This document shows positions 1 through 8,702 of a stretch of 64,000 nucleotides of DNA, piece by piece. Position numbers and translations under genes: made by a program. The number at the start of each line of letters is the position of its first letter. Positions within the stretch are counted from its first letter, which is position 1. Under the pieces are notes generated by a model, which was not told the DNA's origin, searched no databases, and was given only the letters and a program-made list of their open reading frames with translations. The stretch is taken from positions 1 through 64,000 of IMG/VR virus record IMGVR_UViG_3300028601_000026; one strand, given 5' to 3'. This stretch comes from a virus (taxonomy: Duplodnaviria > Caudoviricetes).

Positions 1-2
1 TC

Positions 3-1163
3 CTTCCGATCGAGGGTGCTAAATTTGACGGCAAAGAATGGCACGACGATGGGTTTACTGCCACCCCCCTGCGCACCCGCAAGGGTACGGTGAGTAAATT
101 TGCGGAGACGTATCGTGGGCCGCTGATTCAACCGGCGAGTACGAATAAGGTAACGTGTCGGAAGAGTAATCCGGTGGATACGACGAATATCACGAAGGTT
201 GGCGATGCGGCCGCTGTTTTGTCGGTGGTGGATGACTCGGCCGCTCTGGCTTCTGCTGGTCTGGATAATATCTGTACTAGTGGCAAGGTGTATAAGTTAG
301 ATAATACCGAGGGAATAACCGAAGCCCGAGTAAATATCTCAGGCGCATCAGGTAGCATAAACCAACACTGGCTAGGCTGTCACATTCGCATGACGGGATG
401 CGAAGCAAACTACCCATCTCTTAGAATTTCAGCTGGTACAGCTGTGCCGGGGTATGATTCGTCTGTTTCAACAGGGTATATCCGTAAAACTATCGGCTAT
501 TCAGAGGTGTCGTCGTCAGCTATTCTCCAAGTGTGGGCTCCACCAGGAGCAATCGTCTACTTCATCCTCCCCCAACTCGAAGAAGGTGCGTTCCTCACCA
601 GCCCCATTTGCAAGGACTCCACCGGGGCAGACCCTTTAACCTCTCTCACCCGCCCCGCTGCCAACCTGACCCGCCCCACGGCAGGGACGGCTTTAGCTGC
701 TCAAAATAACTTTGCGATTTATGGCAGGGTGATTCCGAAGGCTGGAGGTGGTACTAACGTCAAGGTTTTTTCAACAGGCTTCCCTACGATGAACTTCATT
801 GACGTGGGTAAAGGTGCCGAAACAGATTTCGAGCTTGTGAAGCGTATCAACTCAGGACCCTATATCATCGCAAAGATAACGCCTTTTGTAGAGGCAGCCA
901 ATACCCCCTTTGAATACATCGCCTACCAACACAGTGTTCACGGCATGGGTATCATGGTGAAAGAAGATGGAGGTGCATGGTCTACATGGGCCACCAACCC
1001 CAACACGCAAGACGCACCGATAGCTGCAACATACCAAATCGGCGCACGGAACAACTCCAACCACTTTGCGGCCAATTATCCGTTTACGAAGATTATCAAA
1101 ATCCCGGCGTCGGTCGAGCCGCAAGCATGGTTGATGGACCAACTGAGCAAGGGGAGGATATAA
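3..1163 (+). CDS. Partial (5'-truncated) tail fibre/virion protein with a probable ConA/LamG-like C-terminal domain
   Basis: The frame is open from position 3 (LPIEGAKFDGKEW...), so the GTG at 90 is not the true start. Thr/Gly/Ser-rich, beta-strand-like sequence with a 'LIQPASTN' segment resembling phage fibre proteins. Confidence 0.5.
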   Translation, partial: LPIEGAKFDGKEWHDDGFTATPLRTRKGTVSKFAETYRGPLIQPASTNKVTCRKSNPVDTTNITKVGDAAAVLSVVDDSAALASAGLDNICTSGKVYKLDNTEGITEARVNISGASGSINQHWLGCHIRMTGCEANYPSLRISAGTAVPGYDSSVSTGYIRKTIGYSEVSSSAILQVWAPPGAIVYFILPQLEEGAFLTSPICKDSTGADPLTSLTRPAANLTRPTAGTALAAQNNFAIYGRVIPKAGGGTNVKVFSTGFPTMNFIDVGKGAETDFELVKRINSGPYIIAKITPFVEAANTPFEYIAYQHSVHGMGIMVKEDGGAWSTWATNPNTQDAPIAATYQIGARNNSNHFAANYPFTKIIKIPASVEPQAWLMDQLSKGRI

Positions 1164-1164
1164 C

Positions 1165-1614
1165 ATGGAAGACAAAGTAACCGCTATCCTCAAACTCAAA
1201 CCGCCCTACGACGCCGACCCCGATGCAGCTATCCGCGAACTGGCGCAATTCTCCCTTGACAATTTCGGGGAGGGTGGCAGACCGGACGAGGCGTGTTTTG
1301 AAAACCGCTGTGGCTATTGCAATACGCCAGTATCCAACGGCTATGTCCGTGTGCTGATCGGCAAGGCGTATGGCGTCGCTCTGGAATACATCGAGGCCAA
1401 TTACGACAACCCGATAGCCGAACTGGTGCGCGTCGAGTGGAACGGACAGGACCGCGTGCCCGTCGAGCAGCCTGTCCTTGATGAAGACGGCAATTCCACG
1501 GGTGAGATGGAAACGGTTTACGTCGAGCAACTGTTCCAAACCGGCACACAGGATGTGCTTGACGAACAGGGCAACGTGATTGCCACCACGCCCGTTTATT
1601 TGGTCAGGTTTTAG
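1165..1614 (+). CDS. Hypothetical protein, possibly fibre-associated
   Basis: 149 aa, GGAGG RBS, directly follows the fibre-like gene. Confidence 0.55.
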   Translation: MEDKVTAILKLKPPYDADPDAAIRELAQFSLDNFGEGGRPDEACFENRCGYCNTPVSNGYVRVLIGKAYGVALEYIEANYDNPIAELVRVEWNGQDRVPVEQPVLDEDGNSTGEMETVYVEQLFQTGTQDVLDEQGNVIATTPVYLVRF

Positions 1615-1669
1615 TAGATTGCGTTTTTTTTTTTGTTTTGCGTACCTGTGGCATTTTTTCGGGGGCTAA

Positions 1670-2212
1670 GTGGCAGATCTTTTAGAGCAGAGTTACCGTG
1701 AGACCGTACCTCAGCAAGCGTCTTCCTGTAAGCATGAGGGGGTGATCGCTACGTTGTTGGAGCGGGAAAAGTCTTCCAAAGAGGCGATCACCGAGGTTAA
1801 GGAGGAGTACCGCTACTTTCGTCAAACCATGGAAAAGCAGAGTGAACTGCTGCAGAGCATGGTGAACAACATGACGGAATTGAAGGTTACGAACCTTAAT
1901 ATACAGCAGATGGCTACGGATCTGCGTCGGGTGGATACCAACGTCTCCTGCCTGGGTAAGGAGTTGCAAAAAACCAAGGCTACTCTGTCCGCTCTGGATA
2001 AACAGGTCATGGAGAATGTCTTTATCTTTGATCGGGAGAGCCGTGAGCGTGACTTACGCCTGGAGCAGCTGATTTCGGATGCCGTGGCGGCTCCAGGCAA
2101 GGATACTCTGGCGCACTGGTCTAAAACCAAGATTTCCTTGATTGCGTCTTTGTTGGCATCCATGACCACTTTGATAGTATCAAAAATGCTCACATTAGTA
2201 GGGAGAGTGTAA
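1670..2212 (+). CDS. Coiled-coil protein with C-terminal membrane anchor (holin/XhlA-like architecture)
   Basis: Heptad-like Leu/Glu/Lys region followed by hydrophobic ISLIASLLASMTTLIVSKMLTLV. Confidence 0.45.
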   Translation: MADLLEQSYRETVPQQASSCKHEGVIATLLEREKSSKEAITEVKEEYRYFRQTMEKQSELLQSMVNNMTELKVTNLNIQQMATDLRRVDTNVSCLGKELQKTKATLSALDKQVMENVFIFDRESRERDLRLEQLISDAVAAPGKDTLAHWSKTKISLIASLLASMTTLIVSKMLTLVGRV

Positions 2213-2592
2213 TGCTGACCAAAGAAGCCTGGGGGTGGGCGGCAAAGACCCTGAGTAAAGCTCCCGGGGTGTTAAAGCAGCTCGGCAAGCAGTCGGTTAA
2301 GGATACGTTTTCTCCTATCTCCATGGGCATCCATGGGCTCACCTTGGCCAGCGGCATGGATGGTGCCACCAACAGTGTAGGAGGGTTTCTGGGAGGCACC
2401 CTTGGCTATAACGCGGCGACTCGTCTGACTCGCAAAATCCCGGGACCGGGGTGGTTGCGGGGAGGCATCAATCTGGTGGCGGGGACTCTGGCCGGCATCA
2501 AAGGGAGTACCTTGGCCAATAAAGTGACCAATCGCCTCCCTCAAGGTTACAAGCGGGAGCTGCCCCTGGCCCTGCGCCCTTACTCCAATTAA
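2212..2592 (+). CDS. Small basic Gly-rich putative internal virion protein
   Basis: TAATG coupling; begins MLTKEA; Gly/Ala-rich hydrophobic segments. Confidence 0.6.
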   Translation: MLTKEAWGWAAKTLSKAPGVLKQLGKQSVKDTFSPISMGIHGLTLASGMDGATNSVGGFLGGTLGYNAATRLTRKIPGPGWLRGGINLVAGTLAGIKGSTLANKVTNRLPQGYKRELPLALRPYSN

Positions 2593-2766
2593 AATAAAAT
2601 TTTCTAATTTTATTCTTCACTTAAAAATTTCTTCAATATTCAAGCAGGGTCTTCCACTATTTATTAGTGAGGAGCACCTGCTTGGCACGAGCTCTACGTA
2701 AGGTGGAGCTTCTCCTCTTATTTGGCTTTTTGTTACATCAAACACACCCATAAGGAGTTACCCCCA

Positions 2767-3471
2767 ATGGACAAGCTTGCTTTTGTCAAGGTAGCCGAGG
2801 TTTCCGGCGTTATTGCCAGCCTGGCTGAAAATGAAATCGTGAAAATTGCCTCTGCGGAAGATTTCGACGCCATTGTCGATGCTGTTGCAGAGGACCTGCC
2901 CACCCAGTACGGGATGGACGATGTTCTGGCCAAAACGGCGGAAGTCATGGAGTACCTCTATGACAACGGCTATGGCGAAGGCCTGGAGAAGGACGCCGGA
3001 GAAGTCGATGAGCAGGAAGCACTGGCTTACATCGGTCAGCTGACTCTGGCCAAGGAAGCCGGCGAGATCTCGGAAGTTGACTTTGCCAAAGAAGCCAATC
3101 GCGTGGTGGATGCTCTGCGGGCGGCTGGTGTCCGGGCGGGCGCGGCGGGCAAGGATTTCGTAGGAGGCCTCTCGGGAAAGAAACTGCGTCAAACCCTGAA
3201 GGGTAACAAGGCCTTCAATGAGATGTTTACGGCCAAGAAAAAGAACCTGGATGACACTCTCAGCGGGGTGTTTGGCAAAGGCAAATCCAAAGTAAAAGCC
3301 GAGTATGCCAAGGGCCGCGTCGCTGACATTATCAAAGGCCTCAAGGGGGCCGGTGTCTCCAAAGGCTCCCTGAAACCTGGGGTTAAGCAGATCGCCAAAA
3401 CCTACGGCACAGTAGGCCTGGCAGGCGGCGGTATTTACGGCGCCAACAAACTGCGCAAACGCAAGCAGTAA
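2767..3471 (+). CDS. Putative internal head protein: acidic K-x-A-rich N-half plus Lys-rich C-half
   Basis: AAGGAG RBS before ATG 2767 (in frame with ORF 2722); KLA, KVA, KIA, KTA, KDA, KEA, KEA in the N-half. Confidence 0.65.
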   Translation: MDKLAFVKVAEVSGVIASLAENEIVKIASAEDFDAIVDAVAEDLPTQYGMDDVLAKTAEVMEYLYDNGYGEGLEKDAGEVDEQEALAYIGQLTLAKEAGEISEVDFAKEANRVVDALRAAGVRAGAAGKDFVGGLSGKKLRQTLKGNKAFNEMFTAKKKNLDDTLSGVFGKGKSKVKAEYAKGRVADIIKGLKGAGVSKGSLKPGVKQIAKTYGTVGLAGGGIYGANKLRKRKQ

Positions 3472-3477
3472 GTATTC

Positions 3478-3521
3478 GGGAGATACTCGGGGAGAGGACC
3501 TATTCTCTCTGGGTATCTCCC
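3478..3521 (+). terminator. Long hairpin, probable intrinsic terminator
   Basis: GGGAGATACTC...GGGTATCTCCC stem with inner GGAGAG/TTCTCT pairing, followed by CTTT. Confidence 0.55.
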
Positions 3522-3552
3522 CTTTACCTAAGGCTTCTGGGAAGGAGCAGGC

Positions 3553-3975
3553 ATGGATTGGTATAACGTAGGCATGGAAAAGGTGGCTTTTCTCGGAGCC
3601 GGCAGGGCCTTTGTGTCTTCGGCTATCCGAGGGGTTAAGGCGTTACCTCGTGTAGCTAAGAATCTGAGAGTGCCTACCAACAAAATGTCTCCTTGGCAGT
3701 ATGCGCAGCAAGCGGCAACCACACAGCAGGGCTTCCGTAATAAGGCGAGCACCTTTTATCGGTCTCTGAAGGATTCCGCTGTCCGTGGCCTTGGCAGGGA
3801 CCAAGTACAGGGTCTACGCAACCTTGGCCGTGCTGGCAAGTACACCGCTTACACGGGAGGCGGACTCTACCTTGGCAACAAGGCCTTTGGCAGCAAACGT
3901 AAGGATGCAGAGCAGGCTCAGCAGTATCTAGCTGCTTACCTTCCCCAGGCTTATCCTAGATATTTTCAAAGCTAA
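3553..3975 (+). CDS. Small basic putative internal virion protein
   Basis: GGAG RBS; MDWYNVGMEKVA leader, Arg/Lys-rich body, GGGLYLG segment. Confidence 0.6.
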   Translation: MDWYNVGMEKVAFLGAGRAFVSSAIRGVKALPRVAKNLRVPTNKMSPWQYAQQAATTQQGFRNKASTFYRSLKDSAVRGLGRDQVQGLRNLGRAGKYTAYTGGGLYLGNKAFGSKRKDAEQAQQYLAAYLPQAYPRYFQS

Positions 3976-3996
3976 CTCCCACTAAAGGCTTCTTTC

Positions 3997-6027
3997 ATGG
4001 CTTTCACTCCCACCGCAATGTCCATGGGTGCAGGCATGCCTCCGCAAGGCCCTCTTCCTGTGCAGCAGCCCTCCAGTGAAGAGCAGCTTTTCAATCGCCG
4101 CTTCTCGGACCTGGCTTTCCGCACTTTCTCTGCCAAATACCCGGAACTGTCTCAAAGTGTAATCACCTTCAAGACCGTGGATTCGGATATTGAAGAGGGT
4201 AAAGCAGTCGGAGCCTTTATTCTACAACGCGGCAACGATCTGGCCTATGTGCCTGTCCTGCTGCATGGAGGAGAGATCGTTTCTTGTGAGATGGTGTACA
4301 ACAAGCAGGAGGATACCCTGCGCCCACTCAGCAAGGAAGAGGTCCAGGCCCTACTTTCGGAGAATCTGACAGCTCCGATGAAGATGGCTCCCAAGTCATA
4401 CACCGTAGACCGTTCGGAGCCTGTCTTCGATGCCATGTTCCGGCCCCCTACCCGTTCCAAAGTGCTGTTTGCTTCTGCGGAGGCCTTCCTGGAGGTACCT
4501 CAGGCGGCTCGCAAAGCCCTGTTTTCTTATTTTGAAAGTCGCCCGGAATTGCTGGCCAAGATCGCGTCGTTTTACCCAGTGGAAGCTCTGGCCCGTAAAC
4601 TGGTGCAGCCTTCGCCCGGAGCCAAGACAGCGGCAGAGCATTCCTCAATTCTCCCCGAAGTGATTAAACTTTCGGAGCTGACGCAGGAGACTGCGGCTTT
4701 CCTGGATGCTGACCAGAAGCAGGAAATCCTGCAGCATGGGTACCTGATTACCAAGCAGGCTGCTAATCAGGATCAGGTCTCTTTGGCTACCAAGACCGCT
4801 AAAGAAGAAATGGTGGACGGACTGTCCTTGGTTAACCTGGATACGAAAACCCCCATGTACGGAGTCGCCAATCTGCTCAGAATGGAGGGCAGTACGTTGA
4901 CTTTGGAACCTGCCCTGGTTTGCGGTGCCAACGTAGTGACGCGCAAAGGTACCGTCCCTGTACTTAGAGGCCTGGTACTTTCAGGGTATGAAGATGGCAT
5001 TACCGAGGATGTTCTGAGCTATTTTGGGGCTATACCCTGTGAGCAAGCCGCGTCCCTGTATGCTTCTCAGGGGGTGCCTAAAGAAGAAGGACACGCAACC
5101 AGCTACTCAAGCAAGCGTAGGAAGCTGATTACTTTTTATCCGACACGGCGTGGGACCTACAAGGCGGCCAAACAGTCGATTGTTTCTTATTCAGACCCTC
5201 CGAAGGTTACCTCCGGTAATGGAGAATTGTCCATCGAGTACGCGGGGGATATCCTTCGTTTTGTTCCTTATCTGAAGGGGACCTGCATTGAAGGTGCTCT
5301 TTGTTCAGAGGTAGAACTGAGTTCTTATTCTTTCCAAGCGGAGAGGTTTTATCCTCTGGAATCCCGCGTTTTGGCTGCGCGTGAAGATAATCGGGCCTAC
5401 CTGACTTCCTTGGATGCTGTCCATAGAACGATTATGCTGCTGGGCAACCGGGTGCGCATCCTCAAAGACGGCCCGGACTATTCCTTGCTGGATTCCCGTA
5501 CGGAGAAGACGGCTCGTTTTTCCGATCAAGGAGAAGTCGTCAAGTATCTGGTAGCCGTAAAAGGACTGACCAAAGAAGCGGTGGCGCAGGCGCTCAAGGA
5601 AAAGGATATCCTGCTGCTGCAGAAGCACGCGGAGCATCCTTACACCTACTACCCGGATCAGGGGCAACCTTCTCTGGAGCAGCCTCAGGCCGAAGGATTG
5701 GAACAGGCTCCTGACTACGAGGTAGACGAAGAGGCTCTCTCCCCATTCACGGATCTTGGAGATGAGGATCTCTTGGATACCGGTATGCTGGCCGCCCTTT
5801 CTGGAAATCAGGATATCAAGGAGCTGCTACTGGACTTTGCCCCGCACTTCGAGGATACCGTCACACACCTGGGAAAAGCTATTTTGGTGTTTTCCGGGCA
5901 CAGGAAAGAGCTGCAGGAGCAGTACGGACGGGAGCAGTACCTCGGAGTAGTGATCAGCCTGCGTAAAGCATTTCAATTGTTAGGGCGTATTCTGTGGGAT
6001 CTGAAGAAAATCGTGCAGATGCACTAA
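3997..6027 (+). CDS. Large putative head/core protein
   Basis: 676-aa ORF in the head cluster with repeated KIA/KTA/KQA/KEA/KHA motifs; no recognisable catalytic motif. Confidence 0.6.
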   Translation: MAFTPTAMSMGAGMPPQGPLPVQQPSSEEQLFNRRFSDLAFRTFSAKYPELSQSVITFKTVDSDIEEGKAVGAFILQRGNDLAYVPVLLHGGEIVSCEMVYNKQEDTLRPLSKEEVQALLSENLTAPMKMAPKSYTVDRSEPVFDAMFRPPTRSKVLFASAEAFLEVPQAARKALFSYFESRPELLAKIASFYPVEALARKLVQPSPGAKTAAEHSSILPEVIKLSELTQETAAFLDADQKQEILQHGYLITKQAANQDQVSLATKTAKEEMVDGLSLVNLDTKTPMYGVANLLRMEGSTLTLEPALVCGANVVTRKGTVPVLRGLVLSGYEDGITEDVLSYFGAIPCEQAASLYASQGVPKEEGHATSYSSKRRKLITFYPTRRGTYKAAKQSIVSYSDPPKVTSGNGELSIEYAGDILRFVPYLKGTCIEGALCSEVELSSYSFQAERFYPLESRVLAAREDNRAYLTSLDAVHRTIMLLGNRVRILKDGPDYSLLDSRTEKTARFSDQGEVVKYLVAVKGLTKEAVAQALKEKDILLLQKHAEHPYTYYPDQGQPSLEQPQAEGLEQAPDYEVDEEALSPFTDLGDEDLLDTGMLAALSGNQDIKELLLDFAPHFEDTVTHLGKAILVFSGHRKELQEQYGREQYLGVVISLRKAFQLLGRILWDLKKIVQMH

Positions 6028-6057
6028 GGAGCCTTTTCTACCGCACTTGCTATCTCT

Positions 6058-6768
6058 ATGACTATTACCGAGGCACTAATGGCGCGGGCACTGCGAGTGC
6101 AGGCGGATCTCCGGAAAAGAGATGAGCCCTCCGCAGACTACACCCCGGCCATGAAAGAGTATTTTGACTACCGTAAGGTAGGGGTGCTTCCTGGTACTCC
6201 CATGCGGGTTGCTTTGAGGATTTTTTCCGATCCCATTCAGAAAGAAATCTGTGAGGCCATGCTCCTGGCGGAAGCTTCTCCAGAGGATATTGAGGAGGCT
6301 TTCAATATCCCCAAAGAGGGGATGGAGATTTATCGTGAGTTGTTCTTCGATACCAAGGCATTTGTCACCAAGCTGGACCGTATCAGTTACATTGAAAATT
6401 ACGCAGATGCTTTCGGCAAAGATTTGAAAGTGCGGGCTTTTTCCCTGGGCCCGGAGTTTGTTTATTTCAAGTACGGAAACCTTCTTCCGAAAACGGACAA
6501 GCAGCGGGACCTGGTCAAGCGCATGTTTATGAGCAGTGCTTATCGGGCCATGGAAGCCAACTTCAATCCGATGAACTCCCAGGTGAGCAAGCAGGCTCTG
6601 GAGTGGTCGAAAAACATGTTGAAGGCCTATGAGGCCCTAGAGAAGCTGCTCAGCCAGGAAGGTGTTGGCAGTGGAGATCTGGTGCATTTCCTTTTGAATT
6701 ACAAAGAGCAGACTTCCGTCGGGGTAGTGGCTACCCAGTCTCTTGTCAGCAAAGAAGACATTATTTAG
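6058..6768 (+). CDS. Hypothetical protein with a possible HTH (terminase small subunit-like?)
   Basis: ASPEDIEEAFNIPKEGMEIY resembles an HTH; depleted in K-x-A unlike its neighbours. Function is a guess. Confidence 0.35.
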   Translation: MTITEALMARALRVQADLRKRDEPSADYTPAMKEYFDYRKVGVLPGTPMRVALRIFSDPIQKEICEAMLLAEASPEDIEEAFNIPKEGMEIYRELFFDTKAFVTKLDRISYIENYADAFGKDLKVRAFSLGPEFVYFKYGNLLPKTDKQRDLVKRMFMSSAYRAMEANFNPMNSQVSKQALEWSKNMLKAYEALEKLLSQEGVGSGDLVHFLLNYKEQTSVGVVATQSLVSKEDII

Positions 6769-7595
6769 TGGAAGGAAGACCTATGTTTCTGGAAGCAACT
6801 TCCCGGAATTTTGACCGCTTGGGAGAAGAGGCTGTTTCGTTGATGGACCGCTCGGGAGTAACTCTGACGGATGCCGTGGTGCAGATCGCCAAGCGGGAGA
6901 AGCTCAATCCTGTGGAGATTGAACGTCTGGTACAACGGGCGAACACGGCAGCCACTCTGCAAGTCCTGGGATCGGAGCATGGCGGTTCTGTGGAATTTGA
7001 GCTGGCGGAGTACAAGCCGGTAATGACTCATCTGTATCCAAAGCAACCGGAAGGGTCGAAGACTTCCACGGGAACCTCGGTAAAGACTGCCGGTGAAATC
7101 CCCCTTGAGCTGCCGAACCTGCGCCGAAGAGCTCAGGTGCAGGAACATAAAGTGCAGCTGCCTATTTTGGAAAAGACCGCACAGGAGAATACTCCACCCC
7201 TGCAGCGGCAGGTGTTTCAGGCAGCACACAAAGTAGAATCGCTGCGACAAGAGAAGCTGGCGTGTGAGTTGCGTATTCAGCAAGGTCTGGATTACCTGCT
7301 GTCAGAATTTTCCAAAGTGCGTTGCCCGGATTTTGGCAAATTCGCTGCAGAAACGTACTCTCTTCATGGGAAAGGGGCTCTTCCGGTACTGACCAGTCTG
7401 GCTCAGGCGCTGCGTGAACCCCAGGATTTCTCTAAAACCGCGGCGATTATCGATGATCGTACAGAGCTGCATACCCAATTCAAAGGCATCCTTTCAGGAT
7501 TGATGAGCTTGGTAAAGGTAGCTAAAGACTTTACCGAGGCCACCCTTACTTTGAAGGAGCAGCGCACTGCTCTGCGAGAGGCCGCCCGATGCTGA
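6768..7595 (+). CDS. Putative head protein
   Basis: TAGTG coupling; helical; KTA x3 and KVA. Confidence 0.6.
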   Translation: MEGRPMFLEATSRNFDRLGEEAVSLMDRSGVTLTDAVVQIAKREKLNPVEIERLVQRANTAATLQVLGSEHGGSVEFELAEYKPVMTHLYPKQPEGSKTSTGTSVKTAGEIPLELPNLRRRAQVQEHKVQLPILEKTAQENTPPLQRQVFQAAHKVESLRQEKLACELRIQQGLDYLLSEFSKVRCPDFGKFAAETYSLHGKGALPVLTSLAQALREPQDFSKTAAIIDDRTELHTQFKGILSGLMSLVKVAKDFTEATLTLKEQRTALREAARC

Positions 7596-8047
7596 CCAAG
7601 GAAGCAGCTGTTTATCTTAATAAAGAAGCTGCGAATCTCCCGGAGACCCTAAAGCAGTTAGGGATCTGGGCTGGAAAAGGGGTACGTAAAGGCTACGAGG
7701 TGGCAAACTGGCTGATACGAAAGCCGGGAGCGGGGCTGTACAGGAATGTTGCAAAACCGGCAGCGGGCGCTGCTGTAGCTGCTTCCAGAGGAGCAGGCAA
7801 TTTTGTATACCAGCACCCCACGGTGGGTTTGCCCTTGCTGGCTACAGGGATGTATGCCGGGTACAAGACACCTGGAAGGTTGCGTAAAAACCTGCTGCAT
7901 ACGGATCCGAACATGGGTTTCACCGAGTACCGCAATTCTCCTCTCTTTGGCATCCCCAAGTCTCCTCTTATCGGGCCGACTACGCGTATTGAATATCGTA
8001 ACCCGGTAGCTCGCCAGGTGGCGGAAAAATATCCTCTCTACTATTAA
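7589..8047 (+). CDS. Small basic putative internal virion protein
   Basis: Starts MLTKEAAVYLNKEAA; hydrophobic VGLPLLATGMYAGY. Confidence 0.6.
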   Translation: MLTKEAAVYLNKEAANLPETLKQLGIWAGKGVRKGYEVANWLIRKPGAGLYRNVAKPAAGAAVAASRGAGNFVYQHPTVGLPLLATGMYAGYKTPGRLRKNLLHTDPNMGFTEYRNSPLFGIPKSPLIGPTTRIEYRNPVARQVAEKYPLYY

Positions 8048-8068
8048 ACCTTCTGTATTGGAGCTTTT

Positions 8069-8521
8069 ATGAAGACCCCTTATTTGACCGGTCTGCACAA
8101 GGTCGCCTCCTGCGTCAAAGTTGCTTTCTCCCCCTTCCAGGTAAATAACCAAGGCATGAAGGCTTTGCACCCTGGAGTAGGCCCTGGGATGAGTTTGGCT
8201 CTGCTGACCGGCTTTGCTTTGGCTACCAAGATAAAACAGCTTAGGAACAGCATTCGTCACAAGGCCATTCTCGAGGATTTGATAGCCACAGACCCGATTA
8301 TCAAGCAAGCCCCTCGAGAGCAGGTGGTGGAGGCCTATGCCACCATATACCACCTCGCTCCGAGAGTTGCCCTGGAGAAGCAGTTGGTCCGGGAAATCCT
8401 GCAGCATGTGGTGAAATTCGGGCGTATGGATATGCAGACGGTGAAGATGCTTACCGATACAGAGAAGACCGTCAAGGACATCCACTCCGTCTCTATGCCG
8501 AATTTTCCGAAAATATTTTAA
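8069..8521 (+). CDS. Putative head protein with one hydrophobic helix
   Basis: GGAG RBS; KVASCVKVA leader; MSLALLTGFALAT. Confidence 0.6.
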   Translation: MKTPYLTGLHKVASCVKVAFSPFQVNNQGMKALHPGVGPGMSLALLTGFALATKIKQLRNSIRHKAILEDLIATDPIIKQAPREQVVEAYATIYHLAPRVALEKQLVREILQHVVKFGRMDMQTVKMLTDTEKTVKDIHSVSMPNFPKIF

Positions 8522-8543
8522 GCCCCTGTTGAGTGGAGGCGGT

Positions 8544-8702
8544 ATGTATTCTTGTTCTGCTTTTTTATCTGAGCAGCCTTCTTTGCGGGAGGCCTTTGAA
8601 AAAATAGGGGAAGCCCTGTACCAACGACGAGCTTTCACTAAAGACGCGCAAAAGGCCCTGCAGGCTATTGAGTACCTGGAACGGGAAGGCGTGAAGCTAT
8701 GA
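8544..8702 (+). CDS. Small 52-aa ORF absent from the supplied track
   Basis: GGAGG RBS; MYSCSAFLSEQPSLREAFEKIGEALYQRRAFTKDAQKALQAIEYLEREGVKL; TGA overlaps the next ATG (ATGA). Confidence 0.65.
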   Translation: MYSCSAFLSEQPSLREAFEKIGEALYQRRAFTKDAQKALQAIEYLEREGVKL

